A stretch of 64,000 bases of DNA from an uncultured Candidatus Rokubacteria bacterium (GCA_963771355.1 CAVYTA010000006.1:2080001-2144000); one strand, 5' to 3'; positions 31,286-42,181 are shown, numbered from the stretch's first letter. The notes: generated by a model from the sequence alone, not told the origin. Numbers and translations are program-made.

Positions 31286-32347
31286 ATGGGGCTGTTCGGG
31301 CTGGGGAAGAAGCAAGCGACGTTCGGACTCGATATCGGGTCCAGCAGCGTCAAGGTGGTCGAGCTCGTCGAGGGGCGAGGAGGCTTCATTCTCGAAGCCT
31401 TTGCCCGAGTTCCCCTCCCCCGTGACGTCATCGCCGACGGCGCCATCCGCGAGCCGGGGATCGTGGCCGAGGCGGTGAAGGAGGCCCTGGACAAGGCCGG
31501 GATCAAGGGCAGGTCCGCCGTGATCTCGGTGTCCGGTCGCGAGGCCATCACCAAGCGCGTTCCGCTGCCGAAGGTCGGCGCCAAGGAGCTGGCCGACGCC
31601 ATCGTGCTCGAGGCCGAGCACCACATCCCGTTCGCCGTGGACGACGTCTTCCTCGACTATCAGGTGGTCGGGGAGAGCAGCAACACCATGGACGTGATGG
31701 TGGTGGCGGTGAAGAAGGTCAAGGTGCTCGAGTACGTCGCGGCGGTGGAGGACGCGGGCATCGAGCCACTCGTGGTGGATCTCGATGCGTTCGCCATCCA
31801 GAACCAGTACGAGTTCAATAACCCCGGGGATGGCGGCGAGGCGGTGGCACTCATCGACATCGGCGCCTCCATCATGAAGACCAACGTGATCCGCGGCGGC
31901 CTTTCGATCTTCGCCCGCGACGTGCCGTTCGGGGGGCATCACTACACCGAGGCCATCGCGCAGCGGCTGAACATCCCCTTCGAAAAGGCGGAAGCGGCCA
32001 AGCACGGAGAAAGCGTCGGCGTGAACTGGGACGACATGGTGCCCGCCCTGGAGGCGGTCTCGCGCGAGCTGTCTCTCGAGGTGCAGCGGACCTTCGACTA
32101 CTTCGCCTCCACCACCGAGTCCGAGCGGATCGGCAAGATCGTGCTCTCCGGCGGTTGCGCGCAACTCGCCGGGCTCGACGAGTTTCTCTCCTCGTCGTGG
32201 GGCATACCCGTCGAGCTCTCCCGGCCCTTCCAGGCGCTCCAGGTCGACTCCGGGCGGTTCCCCGCCACGGAGCTCGAGCGGATGGGGCCCACCCTGGCGG
32301 TGGCGGTGGGGCTCGGGCTTCGTCGCCCGGGGGACAAACCGGCATGA
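31286..32347 (+). CDS. pilM: Type IV pilus alignment protein (actin-like)
   Basis: GLDIGSSSVKVVEL, EAEHHIPF, LIDIGA and VLSGGCA. Confidence 0.95.
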   Translation: MGLFGLGKKQATFGLDIGSSSVKVVELVEGRGGFILEAFARVPLPRDVIADGAIREPGIVAEAVKEALDKAGIKGRSAVISVSGREAITKRVPLPKVGAKELADAIVLEAEHHIPFAVDDVFLDYQVVGESSNTMDVMVVAVKKVKVLEYVAAVEDAGIEPLVVDLDAFAIQNQYEFNNPGDGGEAVALIDIGASIMKTNVIRGGLSIFARDVPFGGHHYTEAIAQRLNIPFEKAEAAKHGESVGVNWDDMVPALEAVSRELSLEVQRTFDYFASTTESERIGKIVLSGGCAQLAGLDEFLSSSWGIPVELSRPFQALQVDSGRFPATELERMGPTLAVAVGLGLRRPGDKPA

Positions 32348-32892
32348 TCAAGATCAACCTCGCCCCGCCCAGAGTGAAGAAGGGTATCTCGTTCCAGGTA
32401 CCCTCCTTCAACCTCGGCATCCTCTTCGGCATCCTCTTCGCGGCCCTGATCGTGGTCATCGGCGGTGTCTGGTGGTATCTCGAGTCCGAGACCTCGCGCC
32501 TCCAGAACGAGATCGTCGAGAACCAGAAGGAGATCGATCGGCTCCAGGTGGTCATCGCCGAGGGCCTCAAGTTCAAGCGAGACAAGGAAGAGCTGGAGAA
32601 GCGCGTCAACGCCATCGAGGCGGTGGCGCGCATGCAGCCGCGGCCAGTCTATCTGATGGACTCGGTGGCGGACATGCTGCCCAAGGATCTCTGGCTGACC
32701 CGGATGGAAGAGAAGACGGGGGTCATCCGCTTCGGGGGCACGACGTACTCCTCCACTGCGCTGGCCGACTTCATGGCCAACCTCAAGGCCTCGGGGAAAT
32801 TCAAGGACGTGGATCTCGTGGAGCATCGACAGGATCTCACCAAGTCACCGCGGACGATCACCTTCGAGGTGTCGGCCCGCTTCGAGATCTGA
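32344..32892 (+). CDS. pilN: Type IV pilus alignment protein
   Basis: MIKINLAP (INLLP-like motif), TM helix, coiled coil, LPKDLWL. Confidence 0.9.
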   Translation: MIKINLAPPRVKKGISFQVPSFNLGILFGILFAALIVVIGGVWWYLESETSRLQNEIVENQKEIDRLQVVIAEGLKFKRDKEELEKRVNAIEAVARMQPRPVYLMDSVADMLPKDLWLTRMEEKTGVIRFGGTTYSSTALADFMANLKASGKFKDVDLVEHRQDLTKSPRTITFEVSARFEI

Positions 32893-32895
32893 GCC

Positions 32896-33516
32896 ATGGC
32901 CATCATGGATCCGATTCTGGCCCTTCCCAAGCCCCAGAAGATCGCCATCGGGGTTGTCGGCCTCGTCGCCCTGGGCGCCCTGGCCTTCTTCTTCATCTTC
33001 CAGCCCAAGTGGGAGGAGCGGGACGCCCTCTGGAACCGCAATGAGGGCCTGCGGGCAAAGGTCGTCCAGGCGCGCGCCGACGAGGCCAACCTCCGGCCCT
33101 TCCGGGTGCAGGCCGCGGCGCTGCGCAAGCGCCTGGAAGCGGCACAGGAACGGCTCCCCCTCGAGCGGGAGGTACCAGCACTGTACCGGCAGGTGTCCAC
33201 CCTGGCGACCCAGTCCGGGCTCGGCGTTGCGCTCTTCCAGCCGCGCGCGGCCGAAGAGAAGGCGATCCTCACGGAGCTCCCGATTGCGGTGATCACGGAG
33301 TCGGGCTACCACCAGCTCGGCGCCTTCTTCGACAAGGTCGGCCGTCTCCCCCGCATCGTCAACCTGGGTGACTTTCGCATGTCCGGCATCGACCGCTCGA
33401 CCGGCACCGTGCGGGCCGAGCTGACCATGACCACCTATGTCTTCCGGCCGGAAGGCGCGCCGCCGCCGGACGCCAAGCCAGGAAGGCCCGGCGCTCCCGC
33501 GGGAGGGCAGCGATGA
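32896..33516 (+). CDS. pilO: Type IV pilus alignment protein
   Basis: TM helix, LPLEREVP and YHQLGAFFDKVGRLPRIV. Confidence 0.9.
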   Translation: MAIMDPILALPKPQKIAIGVVGLVALGALAFFFIFQPKWEERDALWNRNEGLRAKVVQARADEANLRPFRVQAAALRKRLEAAQERLPLEREVPALYRQVSTLATQSGLGVALFQPRAAEEKAILTELPIAVITESGYHQLGAFFDKVGRLPRIVNLGDFRMSGIDRSTGTVRAELTMTTYVFRPEGAPPPDAKPGRPGAPAGGQR

Positions 33517-33959
33517 ATCGGCGTGCGCTCGTACTGGCTACCGCGACGTCCCTGGTACTCGTCGCCTTTGGCAGCGGCATCGCGCCGCCGGCCGCCCAGA
33601 CTCCGACCCCAGCGCCACCGCGGCCACTGGTGGCACCCAGGGAGCCCGACCCAGGCCCGGCGCTGCCCCCGATGACGTATGAGGCCAAGGCGCGGCGCGA
33701 TCCGTTCGCGCCGGTCGTGATCGCCACCGGGAGTAAGGGACTGACCATCGGCTCCGCCAAGCTGGTCGGCATCATCTCGGGCCCGCAGCCTCTGGCCCTC
33801 GTGGAGACTCCGGAAGGCATCGGTTACATCCTGAAGGCGGGCGATACGCTCGGGGACGGTCGCGTCACCGAGATTGGCGCGGATTCCGTGAGCTTCGCGG
33901 TGTCCCCGAAGCCTGGTGAAAAGGCGGGCATCGTGACGCTCAGACTGAGAACGGACTAA
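33513..33959 (+). CDS. pilP: Type IV pilus PilP-like protein
   Basis: RRDPF, LVGII, GDTLG..GRVTEI; located between pilO and pilQ. Confidence 0.8.
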   Translation: MNRRALVLATATSLVLVAFGSGIAPPAAQTPTPAPPRPLVAPREPDPGPALPPMTYEAKARRDPFAPVVIATGSKGLTIGSAKLVGIISGPQPLALVETPEGIGYILKAGDTLGDGRVTEIGADSVSFAVSPKPGEKAGIVTLRLRTD

Positions 33960-33973
33960 AGGGGGGTGGGGCA

Positions 33974-36571
33974 ATGAAAGGCAAAGGGATGGCATTCGCG
34001 CTTGCCGTACTCATGCTCATAGGGTTGGCCCATCCGGCCGCCGGACAGAGCGCCGTACAGCTCAAGGACGTACAGGTAGAACAGCAGAACGACTCCGTCA
34101 CCGTGAAACTCTGGACCACGGCGATTCCGAGTTATTCGGCCTCGCTGATCGACACCCCCACCCGACTCGTGATCGACCTCACGGGCACCGCCTACGCCTG
34201 GGACAAGTCCCGCGTGAACCCGGACGTGGCCCCGATCCGGGAAATCCGGGGCAGCCAGTGGAAGGTGGGCACAGCCCGCATCGTCCTCGAGCTGACTCGC
34301 AAGGTCGGCTACCGTATCGAGCCGAGCGCGGAGGGTCTGTCGGTAGTCCTCGAGCCCTCCGCCTCCGCCGCCAGCGACGACGCGCCCAAGGCCACCGCGA
34401 GCAAGCCCGCGCCGAAGACCGTCGCCAAGCCCGAGATCGCCAAGGCCGAGACCCCCAAGTCTGACGCGGCGAAGCCGGAAATGGCCAAGGCTGAGGCTCC
34501 GAAGGCGGACGCGCGCAAGGATATCGCCCGTATCGACGCACCCAGGGCCGAGCCCGCCAAGAAGGACGTCGCCCGTGCCGAGACGCCCAAGGCCGAGCCT
34601 GTCAAGGCCGAGCCCGTCAAGGCCGAGCCCACCAAGAAGGACGTCGCCCGCGCCGAGACGCCCAAGGCCGAGCCCACCAAGGCCGAAGCGCCGAAGCCAG
34701 TGGTCAAGGCCGAGGTCCCGAAGGTCGAGGCCGCCAAGGCCGATGCCTCCAAGGCGGAAGCGCGCGTCGAGGCGGCTCCCGTGGTGATGCCGCCACCGCC
34801 CGCGATCGTGGCCCAGGCCACCGTCACGCCCGCCCCGCCGCCCGCCAATGGCGGCCGCCTCCTGTCCATGGACTTCAAGGACGCGGACGTGATCAACCTG
34901 CTCCGCATCCTCGCGGCCGAGAGCGGGAAGAACATCGTGGCGGGCGACGACGTCAAGGGCAAGGTCTCCGTCTCGCTGCGCAACGTGACCTGGGAGCAGG
35001 CGCTGGACACCATTCTCGAGGTCAAGGGACTCCAGAAGATCGAGAAGGGCAACGTGATCCGTATCGTCTCCACCGAGCAGCTCACCAAGGAGCGCGAGGC
35101 GGAAGCGCGGGTCAACGAGGCCAAGCTCAAGGCCGAGATCGATACACGGACCAAGCTCGCGGAGGCGCAGATCAGGGAGCAGGACCTCGCCGCCCGGAAG
35201 ATCGCCAACGAGGCGGCCGCGGAAGAGGCGCGCTCGCGCGGCCCCCTGCGTGAGGAGACGGTGCGCCTGTCCTACGCCGACCCGGAGGAGGTCGCCAAGA
35301 CCCTTCAGGGCATTCTGGGCATCCCGCCGGAAGGCACCCAGCCGGTATCCGGCACCATTCCGAGCGTGTCGCCCGTGATCAGCAGCACCGCTCCGAACCT
35401 CGCGCTGCCCAACCAGCCGCCGTTCTCGGCGCTCTACGGGCCGGGGCCGCCGCCCGCGGCGGTGGTGTCCATCAGCCAGGACGTGCTGGCCAAGGGCATC
35501 ACCATCCGGTCCCACAAGCCCACCAACACGATCTTCATCCGCCACTACCAGGCGGATCTCGAGCGGATCAAGAAGCTGATCCGCGAGCAGCTCGATATCC
35601 CGCTCCCGCAGGTCAAGATCGAGGCCCGCATGGAGATCCTGGACCGCACCGCGCTGGAAGCCATCGGCGTACAGTGGGGCGGGGCCGCCGCCGGCAACAC
35701 GAAAAACACCACTCTCGTGGGCCAGGGCTTCCAGTCCGCGCCCAGCGCGGTGCCGGGCATGACCCTGCCCGCGGTCGGCGGCGTGCTCCAGCCGGACGGC
35801 TCCACCGTGGTGACTGCCCCGACGGGAGTCCAGGGTGTACAGCCCCGAAACAGCGACCTGACCCTGTCTCGCCTCCTGCCCGTCGACCGGCTGACCGGTC
35901 TCCCGATCGGCGGGAACCTGGTGAATATCCCCTTCCAGAGTCTGCCCAACGCCTCGCAATTCACGCCCGCCGGCGGCATCGCCTTCGGCATCGTGGGCAC
36001 GAACTTCAACATCAATTTGGCGCTGCAGGCGCTGGAGAACCAGGGCAAGACGCGGACCCTGGCCCGGCCGGAGATCGTGACGGTCGAGAACAACAAGGCC
36101 GAGGTCTCCCTCGGTGAAGAGATTCCGTACGCCACCGTCAGCTCGGCGGGTACCCAGATCCAGTTCAAGGAAGCGGTGCTGAAGCTCACCGTGACGCCGA
36201 CGGTGACTCGTGAGAAGATCAACAGCGAGGACATCACCAAGATCAAGATGGTCGTGATCGTCGAGAACAATTCCCGCGGTGACACCATCACGCCGGCGGC
36301 GGGCGTCAGCGTGCCGATCATCAACCGCCGCAAGGCGGAGACGCAGGTGCTCATGCGGGAAGGCGAGCGCCTCGTGATCGGCGGCGTGACCCAGTCGGTG
36401 CAGCAGCAGACCGTCCGGAAGGTCCCGCTCTTCGGCGACATTCCGCTGCTGGGCTGGCTCTTCAAGGCCCGCGAAAACTTCGAGACGGGGCGCGAGCTGG
36501 TGGTCTTCCTCACGCCCTCGCTGGTGAAGTCCGAAGGCGCGCTGGCGGCGCGGCCCGCGGCCGGCAAGTAG
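33974..36571 (+). CDS. pilQ: Type IV pilus secretin (AMIN domain, low-complexity linker, secretin)
   Basis: PTRLVIDL (AMIN), [22 protein letters not shown] and [15 protein letters not shown]. Confidence 0.95.
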   Translation: MKGKGMAFALAVLMLIGLAHPAAGQSAVQLKDVQVEQQNDSVTVKLWTTAIPSYSASLIDTPTRLVIDLTGTAYAWDKSRVNPDVAPIREIRGSQWKVGTARIVLELTRKVGYRIEPSAEGLSVVLEPSASAASDDAPKATASKPAPKTVAKPEIAKAETPKSDAAKPEMAKAEAPKADARKDIARIDAPRAEPAKKDVARAETPKAEPVKAEPVKAEPTKKDVARAETPKAEPTKAEAPKPVVKAEVPKVEAAKADASKAEARVEAAPVVMPPPPAIVAQATVTPAPPPANGGRLLSMDFKDADVINLLRILAAESGKNIVAGDDVKGKVSVSLRNVTWEQALDTILEVKGLQKIEKGNVIRIVSTEQLTKEREAEARVNEAKLKAEIDTRTKLAEAQIREQDLAARKIANEAAAEEARSRGPLREETVRLSYADPEEVAKTLQGILGIPPEGTQPVSGTIPSVSPVISSTAPNLALPNQPPFSALYGPGPPPAAVVSISQDVLAKGITIRSHKPTNTIFIRHYQADLERIKKLIREQLDIPLPQVKIEARMEILDRTALEAIGVQWGGAAAGNTKNTTLVGQGFQSAPSAVPGMTLPAVGGVLQPDGSTVVTAPTGVQGVQPRNSDLTLSRLLPVDRLTGLPIGGNLVNIPFQSLPNASQFTPAGGIAFGIVGTNFNINLALQALENQGKTRTLARPEIVTVENNKAEVSLGEEIPYATVSSAGTQIQFKEAVLKLTVTPTVTREKINSEDITKIKMVVIVENNSRGDTITPAAGVSVPIINRRKAETQVLMREGERLVIGGVTQSVQQQTVRKVPLFGDIPLLGWLFKARENFETGRELVVFLTPSLVKSEGALAARPAAGK
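34380..34770 (+). repeat. Coding tandem repeats ([22 protein letters not shown] twice) inside pilQ
   Basis: Repeated AAGGCCGAG units and a near-exact duplication of aagaaggacgtcgcccg(t/c)gccgagacgcccaaggccgagcc. Confidence 0.85.
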
Positions 36572-36579
36572 CGGCGGCG

Positions 36580-37752
36580 GTGGGCGCGGCGTTCCGTTTC
36601 CTCACCGCGGGTGAATCCCACGGAGAGGCGCTGACCGCCGTCATCGAAGGGCTGCCCGCGGGCCTCCCGCTCACCGAGGCGGACATCAACGGGGACCTCG
36701 CGCGCCGCCAGCGCGGCTATGGCCGGGGCGGGCGGATGAAGATCGAGCGCGACGAGGTCCACATCTCCGCCGGCGTGCGCGCGGGGCTCACCCTCGGCAG
36801 CCCCGTCACGCTGACCATCCAGAATCGCGACTGGGAAAACTGGAAGCAGACCATGGCGGTGGATACCCTGCCGCCGGGCGCCTCCCCCAAGACGATCACC
36901 CGCCCCCGCCCCGGCCACGCCGACCTGGCGGGGGCCATGAAGTACAACCACCGCGACATCCGCAACGTGCTGGAGCGCTCCAGTGCCCGGGAGACGACCG
37001 CGCGCGTGGCGGTGGCAGGCGTGGCCAGGCGGCTCCTCCAGGAGTTCGGCATCACCATCATGAGCCACGTCACCGAGATCGGAGGCGTGCGGATCGGCCC
37101 CCTCGCGCTGCCCTGGGACGAGATCGCCCGTCGCGCGGAGGCCAGCGAGGTCCGCTGCGCCGATCCAGAGGCGGAGCGGCTCATGATCGAAGCCATCGAC
37201 GCCGCCAAGAGCAAGGGTGACACCCTGGGCGGGGTATTCGAGGTGGTGGCCATCGGCTGCCCGGTGGGCCTCGGCTCCTACGTGCACTGGGACCGCAAGC
37301 TCGACGGCCGGCTGGCACGGGCCTTCTGCTCCATCCATGCCATCAAGGGCGCCGAGATCGGCATGGGCTTCGAAGCGGCGCGCCGGCCGGGTTCCGAGGT
37401 GCACGATGAGATCCTCCTCGATTCCGCGGGCGGCTTCACCCGGAGCACCAATAGCGCGGGCGGCCTCGAGGGCGGGGTCACCAATGGCCAGCCGGTCGTG
37501 GTGCGCGCCGCCATGAAGCCCATCTCGACCCTGCGCCGTCCGCTCCGCTCGGTGGACATCCAGAACAAGGAGCCGGTGGAGGCGGTGGTGGAGCGCAGCG
37601 ATGTGGTGGCGGTGCCGGCGGCGGGCGTGGTCGGCGAGGCGATGATGGCCATCGTGCTGGCCGAGGCCTTCCTCGAGAAGTTCGGCGGCGACAGCCTCGA
37701 CGAGATCCGTCGTAACTATCAGACGTACCGGGACTATCTCAAGAGCTGGTAA
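36580..37752 (+). CDS. aroC: Chorismate synthase
   Basis: [28 protein letters not shown] and ERSD. Confidence 0.96.
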   Translation: MGAAFRFLTAGESHGEALTAVIEGLPAGLPLTEADINGDLARRQRGYGRGGRMKIERDEVHISAGVRAGLTLGSPVTLTIQNRDWENWKQTMAVDTLPPGASPKTITRPRPGHADLAGAMKYNHRDIRNVLERSSARETTARVAVAGVARRLLQEFGITIMSHVTEIGGVRIGPLALPWDEIARRAEASEVRCADPEAERLMIEAIDAAKSKGDTLGGVFEVVAIGCPVGLGSYVHWDRKLDGRLARAFCSIHAIKGAEIGMGFEAARRPGSEVHDEILLDSAGGFTRSTNSAGGLEGGVTNGQPVVVRAAMKPISTLRRPLRSVDIQNKEPVEAVVERSDVVAVPAAGVVGEAMMAIVLAEAFLEKFGGDSLDEIRRNYQTYRDYLKSW

Positions 37753-37788
37753 CGCCGCGCGTCCGTGCGGCCGGGTACACTACCCTCC

Positions 37789-38871
37789 ATGCATGACATC
37801 TCGGTGAAGCTCGGTCCGCGATCCTACCGGATCGTCGTGGACGCGGGAGTACTCGGCCGGGTCGGCCCCGAGCTCAAGGCGCTGGGGGTCGGCGCCAAGG
37901 TCGCGCTCTTCTCCGACGCCGGGATCCTCGCCCGCCTGGGCGGCCCCGTCCGTGGCAGCCTCGCCGCCGCGGGCTTCGATGTCACCGTGGTCGAGCTGCC
38001 TGCGGGCGAGGCGGCGAAGAGCGTGGAGGTGGCGAGCCGGGGCTGGGACGCGCTGCTGGCGGCGGGACTGGACCGCGGATCGACCGTGGTGGCGCTGGGG
38101 GGTGGCGCGGTAGGCGATCTCGCGGGCTTCGTCGCCGCGACGTACATGCGCGGCGTCAACTTCGTCCAGCTCCCCACCACCTTGCTAGCCCAGGTGGACG
38201 CGTCGATCGGCGGGAAAACCGCCATCGACCATCCCCGGGCCAAGAATCTCGTCGGGGCCTTTCACCAGCCCCGTCTCGTCCTCGTGGATCCGGTCACCCT
38301 CACCACCCTGCCCGAGCGCGAGTTCCGCTCCGGGCTGGCCGAAGTCGTCAAGCATGGCGTCGTGCTGGACGCCGACTACTTCGCCGACCTGGAGACGTGT
38401 CGGGGGGCCCTGCTCGCGCGGGACATCGAAACGTTGACACGGGTGGTGGCCGGCTCCTGCCGGCTGAAGGCAAACGTGGTGGAGCGAGACGAGCAGGAGG
38501 CCGAGCTGCGGGCGGTACTCAACTACGGGCACACCATCGGCCATGCGGTCGAGGCGGTGACCGGGTACGCGCGCTGGACCCATGGGGAGGCGGTGTCCCT
38601 GGGGATGGCCGCCGAGGCCCGGCTGGCCGAGCGCCTCGGGGTGGCCAGCCGTGAAACGGCCGACCGCCAGATCGAGCTGCTCCGGGCCGTGGGCCTGCCC
38701 GTCCGTGACTCGGGCGCGGCCCCGTCGGCGGTGCTCGAGGCGCTCGGGCGCGACAAGAAAGCCCGCGAAGGCCGGGTGCCCTTCGTGCTCGCTCCGGAAA
38801 TCGGCCGCTTCACCGTCGTCTTCGACGTGCCTCGCGAGGCTGTGCTCGAGACCCTGCAGGAGCTGGGGTGA
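37789..38871 (+). CDS. aroB: 3-dehydroquinate synthase
   Basis: GGGAVGDLAGF, PTTLLAQVDASIGGKT, LNYGHTIGHA and HGEAV. Confidence 0.96.
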   Translation: MHDISVKLGPRSYRIVVDAGVLGRVGPELKALGVGAKVALFSDAGILARLGGPVRGSLAAAGFDVTVVELPAGEAAKSVEVASRGWDALLAAGLDRGSTVVALGGGAVGDLAGFVAATYMRGVNFVQLPTTLLAQVDASIGGKTAIDHPRAKNLVGAFHQPRLVLVDPVTLTTLPEREFRSGLAEVVKHGVVLDADYFADLETCRGALLARDIETLTRVVAGSCRLKANVVERDEQEAELRAVLNYGHTIGHAVEAVTGYARWTHGEAVSLGMAAEARLAERLGVASRETADRQIELLRAVGLPVRDSGAAPSAVLEALGRDKKAREGRVPFVLAPEIGRFTVVFDVPREAVLETLQELG

Positions 38872-40877
38872 TCCATCGGGGGTCCGAGAACCCCCACCGC
38901 GCGGACCCCGCGCCAGCGGCCACTCCGCGGCTCATCGATCTGGGGGTGGCGCTCGCTCTCGTCTTCGTCACCGTGCTCACCTTCCTGCCCGGGCTCGACG
39001 GCGCGTTCCTGGACTGGGACGATCGCGAGAACTTCCTCCACAATCCGCACTTTCGCGGCCTCGGTCCTGCCCATCTCCGCTGGATGCTCACGACGGGTCT
39101 CCTCGGCCACTGGATGCCTCTCACGTGGCTGTCGCTCGCCGTGGACTGGACCATCTGGGGCCTGAACCCATTCGGCTATCACCTGACCAGCCTCGGTCTC
39201 CACGCGATCAGCGCGGTGCTGGTCTTTGTCCTGGCCCGACGCCTCTTCGCCATGACGGCCCCGCACCTCGGCCCGACCCCGCCCGCGGTCGGCGCCGCGG
39301 TGGCCGCGCTCCTCTTCGCGGTTCATCCCCTCCGCGTCGAGTCCGTGGCGTGGATCACGGAGCGGAGGGACGTGCTCGCCGGAGTCTTCTTCCTGGGCGC
39401 CGTCCTCGCATATCTGAGCCGCTGGACTCCCGATGGGACCCCGCGCCCGCGGCCGCGGCTCCGGTACCTCGCCGTGCTGGCCCTCTTCGCCGCCGCGCTG
39501 CTCTCGAAGGCCATGTCGGTGAGCCTGCCGGTGGTGCTCCTGATCCTGGACGTCTACCCACTGCGTCGGCTCAGTCCGAATCCGCGGGACTGGCTTCGCC
39601 CCGACGCCCGGCGGGTCTGGTTGGAGAAGGCGCCGCTCGTGCTGCTGAGCGCGGGCGCCACGGTGACCGCCATCGTCATCAACTCGGGCAGCGGCAACCT
39701 CACGTCGATGGAGCGTGTGGGCGTGCTCGACCGTCTCGCCATCTCCCTCTATTCCCTGGCCTTCTATCCGTGGAAGACCCTGGTGCCGGTCGGCCTGTCG
39801 CCGATGTACGAGCTCCCGCACCCCCTCGAGCCCTGGCGCTGGCCCTTCGTGGTGGCCACGCTGGCGGTGGCCGGACTCACTGCGGTATCGATCGCCCTGG
39901 CCCGCCGCTGGCCCGCGCTGGCTGCTGCCTGGGCCGCCTATGTGGTGATGACCCTGCCGGTGGCGGGCCTGATTCAGAACGGCTTCCAGATCGCGGCAGA
40001 TCGGTACACCTATCTGCCCTGTGTGCCCTGGGCGCTGCTCGCCGGGGGCGGGCTTCTCGCACTGGCTCGCGGGCGCCGGTCCCTGCTCGTTCCCGCGGTC
40101 GCTCTATCCGCGCTCCTCCTCGCCGGCCTGGCCACGCTGAGCTGGCGGCAGACGCAGATCTGGCGCGACACCGAGACCCTGTGGCGCCATGCGCTGTCCG
40201 TCGAGCCCTCGGCGGTGGCCCATGCCAATCTGGGCCTCACCCTGACGCAGCGAGATCAGGCGGGGGCGGCCATCCCGCACTATCACGCGGCGCTGGCCAT
40301 TCAGCCCCGCTATCCCGAGGCCTGGAACAATCTCGGCCTGGCCCTGGTCGAGAGAAGAGACCTCGTGGGCGCCGAGCGCAGCCTCCGTGAGGCCATCCGG
40401 CTGAAGCCGCGATTTTCCGAGGCATGGAGCAACCTGGGTCTGGTCCTGGCCCGCGGCGGCGAGACCGCGCCCGCGGTCGCGGCCTATCGCGAGGCGCTCC
40501 GGCTCCGCCCGGACAATCCGGACGCCCACGGCAATCTCGGCGCCACGCTCGACGCGCAGGGCAAGGGCGAGGAAGCCCTCGTTCATCTGCGCGAGGCCGT
40601 GCGGCTCCGGCCCGAGTCGGCTCAGGCCCACGGCAATCTGGGCACGTATTTCGCGCGGCGCGGCGACTTGCCGACGGCGGCCGGGCATTTCGGGGAAGCG
40701 CTGCGGCTCCGCCCCGCCTCCGCCGAGGCGCACAACAATCTCGGCCTGGCGCTCGCCCAGCAGGGGCGGCTCGACGTGGCGGCCTCGCATTTCCGCGAGG
40801 CCGTGCGACTGCGGCCCGACTTCCGGGACGCGCACTCCAACCTCGCCCGGGCCCAGGCCGAGCTGGCCCGGCGCTGA
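38868..40877 (+). CDS. Second TMTC-like GT-C glycosyltransferase with a long TPR tail
   Basis: DWDD, WMPLTWLS, HPLRVESVAWITERRDVL, SKAM, ADRYTYLP, QTQIWRD, then about six AxxNLG TPR units. Confidence 0.8.
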   Translation: MIHRGSENPHRADPAPAATPRLIDLGVALALVFVTVLTFLPGLDGAFLDWDDRENFLHNPHFRGLGPAHLRWMLTTGLLGHWMPLTWLSLAVDWTIWGLNPFGYHLTSLGLHAISAVLVFVLARRLFAMTAPHLGPTPPAVGAAVAALLFAVHPLRVESVAWITERRDVLAGVFFLGAVLAYLSRWTPDGTPRPRPRLRYLAVLALFAAALLSKAMSVSLPVVLLILDVYPLRRLSPNPRDWLRPDARRVWLEKAPLVLLSAGATVTAIVINSGSGNLTSMERVGVLDRLAISLYSLAFYPWKTLVPVGLSPMYELPHPLEPWRWPFVVATLAVAGLTAVSIALARRWPALAAAWAAYVVMTLPVAGLIQNGFQIAADRYTYLPCVPWALLAGGGLLALARGRRSLLVPAVALSALLLAGLATLSWRQTQIWRDTETLWRHALSVEPSAVAHANLGLTLTQRDQAGAAIPHYHAALAIQPRYPEAWNNLGLALVERRDLVGAERSLREAIRLKPRFSEAWSNLGLVLARGGETAPAVAAYREALRLRPDNPDAHGNLGATLDAQGKGEEALVHLREAVRLRPESAQAHGNLGTYFARRGDLPTAAGHFGEALRLRPASAEAHNNLGLALAQQGRLDVAASHFREAVRLRPDFRDAHSNLARAQAELARR

Positions 40878-40896
40878 ACCCCCGCGACCATGCCGT

Positions 40897-40926
40897 TTGA
40901 CTCGGCCCCCCGGGCGTGCGTATAAC
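40897..40926 (+). promoter_or_regulatory. Sigma70 promoter for the TPR-efp-accBC-thiE genes
   Basis: TTGACT-18-TATAAC (TGCG before the -10), 9 nt upstream of the ATG. Confidence 0.6.
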
Positions 40927-40935
40927 AGGACCGCC

Positions 40936-41601
40936 ATGGTTCAGCCGGTTCCGCGGGCCGGCTCCGGTGTGGCAGCCGACGAGGCCGCCCAGGCCGCGGC
41001 CATACGTCGTCATGAAGAGCGCTTGGCCAGAGATCCGTCCTCGCTCGCCTTCGCCCCCCTGGCCGATGCCTATCGTAAACTCGGCCGGACACAGGAGGCC
41101 ATCCGGCTCTGTCGCGAGGGTATCGAACGCTTCCCGCACTATACGACCGCCCGGCTGATCCTCGCCAAGGCCCTGCTCGACGAGGGGCAAGTGGACGAGG
41201 CCAGCGCGGCGCTGGAGGCCATCGTGGCGACGGGAGGCCGCGATGCGGAGGCGCACCGCATGCTGGGGGAGCTCCATCGTAAGGCGGGACGCCTGGAGCC
41301 GGCGCTGGGCCATCTGGAGCAGGCGGCCCGGCTGGATCCCGGGGACCGCGAGTCGCGGCTGGCCGCGGAGATGCTGCGGGGACGCGGTCAGACGCCGGAG
41401 GGCTCACCGCTGGCGGGGCTGCTCGGGGACGACACGTTCGCCACGGAGACGTTCGGCACGCTGTGCCTCGAGCAAGGGCTGGTGGACGAGGCGGCTCAGA
41501 TCTTCCTGCGCCGTCTCAACAAGGATACGGGCGACCCCGTTGCCCGGGAGCGGCTGGAGCAGGCGCTCCGGATCAAGACGCAACGACGGAAAGGGCCATA
41601 G
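40936..41601 (+). CDS. TPR-repeat protein
   Basis: DPSSLAFAPLADAYRK, helical TPR pattern, and C-terminal TETFGTLCLEQG. Confidence 0.8.
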   Translation: MVQPVPRAGSGVAADEAAQAAAIRRHEERLARDPSSLAFAPLADAYRKLGRTQEAIRLCREGIERFPHYTTARLILAKALLDEGQVDEASAALEAIVATGGRDAEAHRMLGELHRKAGRLEPALGHLEQAARLDPGDRESRLAAEMLRGRGQTPEGSPLAGLLGDDTFATETFGTLCLEQGLVDEAAQIFLRRLNKDTGDPVARERLEQALRIKTQRRKGP

Positions 41602-41605
41602 AACC

Positions 41606-42175
41606 ATGGTGGTGTCGACAGCGGAGTTCAAGAAGGGCCTGAAGATCCAGTTCGACGGGCAGCCGTACAGCATCGTCGATTTCCAGCACGTCAAGCCGGG
41701 CAAGGGCGGCGCCTTCGTCCGGACCAAGCTCAAGCACATGAAGCAGGGCCGGGTCATCGACAACACGTTCCGCGCGGGCGAAAAAGTGGAGCTGGTGGAC
41801 TTCGAGGACAAGCACATGCAGTTCATGTACCGGGACGAACGCTACCACTTCATGGATACGGAGACCTACGAGCAGATCTCGCTCTCGGAAGACGAGGTGG
41901 GCGACGCGCGTGACTACCTCAAGGAGAACACCGAGGTGGAAATGCTCTTCATCGACGGCAGCCCCGTCACCGTCGAGCTGCCCAACTTCCTGGAGCTGCA
42001 GATCGCCAAGACCGATCCCGGCATCCGCGGTGACACCGCCTCCGGCGGCTCCAAGCCGGCCACGCTCGAGACCGGCGCGGTGGTGCAGGTCCCGCTCTTC
42101 CTCAACGAGGGGGATGTGATCAAGGTCGACACCCGGAGCGGCGACTACCTGGGTCGCGTCGCGGCGGCGGGGTAG
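41606..42175 (+). CDS. efp: Elongation factor P
   Basis: HVKPGKGGAFVR, PGIRGDT and KPATLETG; start re-set to ATG 41606. Confidence 0.97.
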   Translation: MVVSTAEFKKGLKIQFDGQPYSIVDFQHVKPGKGGAFVRTKLKHMKQGRVIDNTFRAGEKVELVDFEDKHMQFMYRDERYHFMDTETYEQISLSEDEVGDARDYLKENTEVEMLFIDGSPVTVELPNFLELQIAKTDPGIRGDTASGGSKPATLETGAVVQVPLFLNEGDVIKVDTRSGDYLGRVAAAG

Positions 42176-42181
42176 GCGGCG

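Noticed and set aside
34380..34770. Possible CRISPR-like repeat array
   Set aside because: The repeats are in-frame coding repeats within pilQ with no unique spacers and no cas genes; the same applies to the TPR repeats at 40200-40860.
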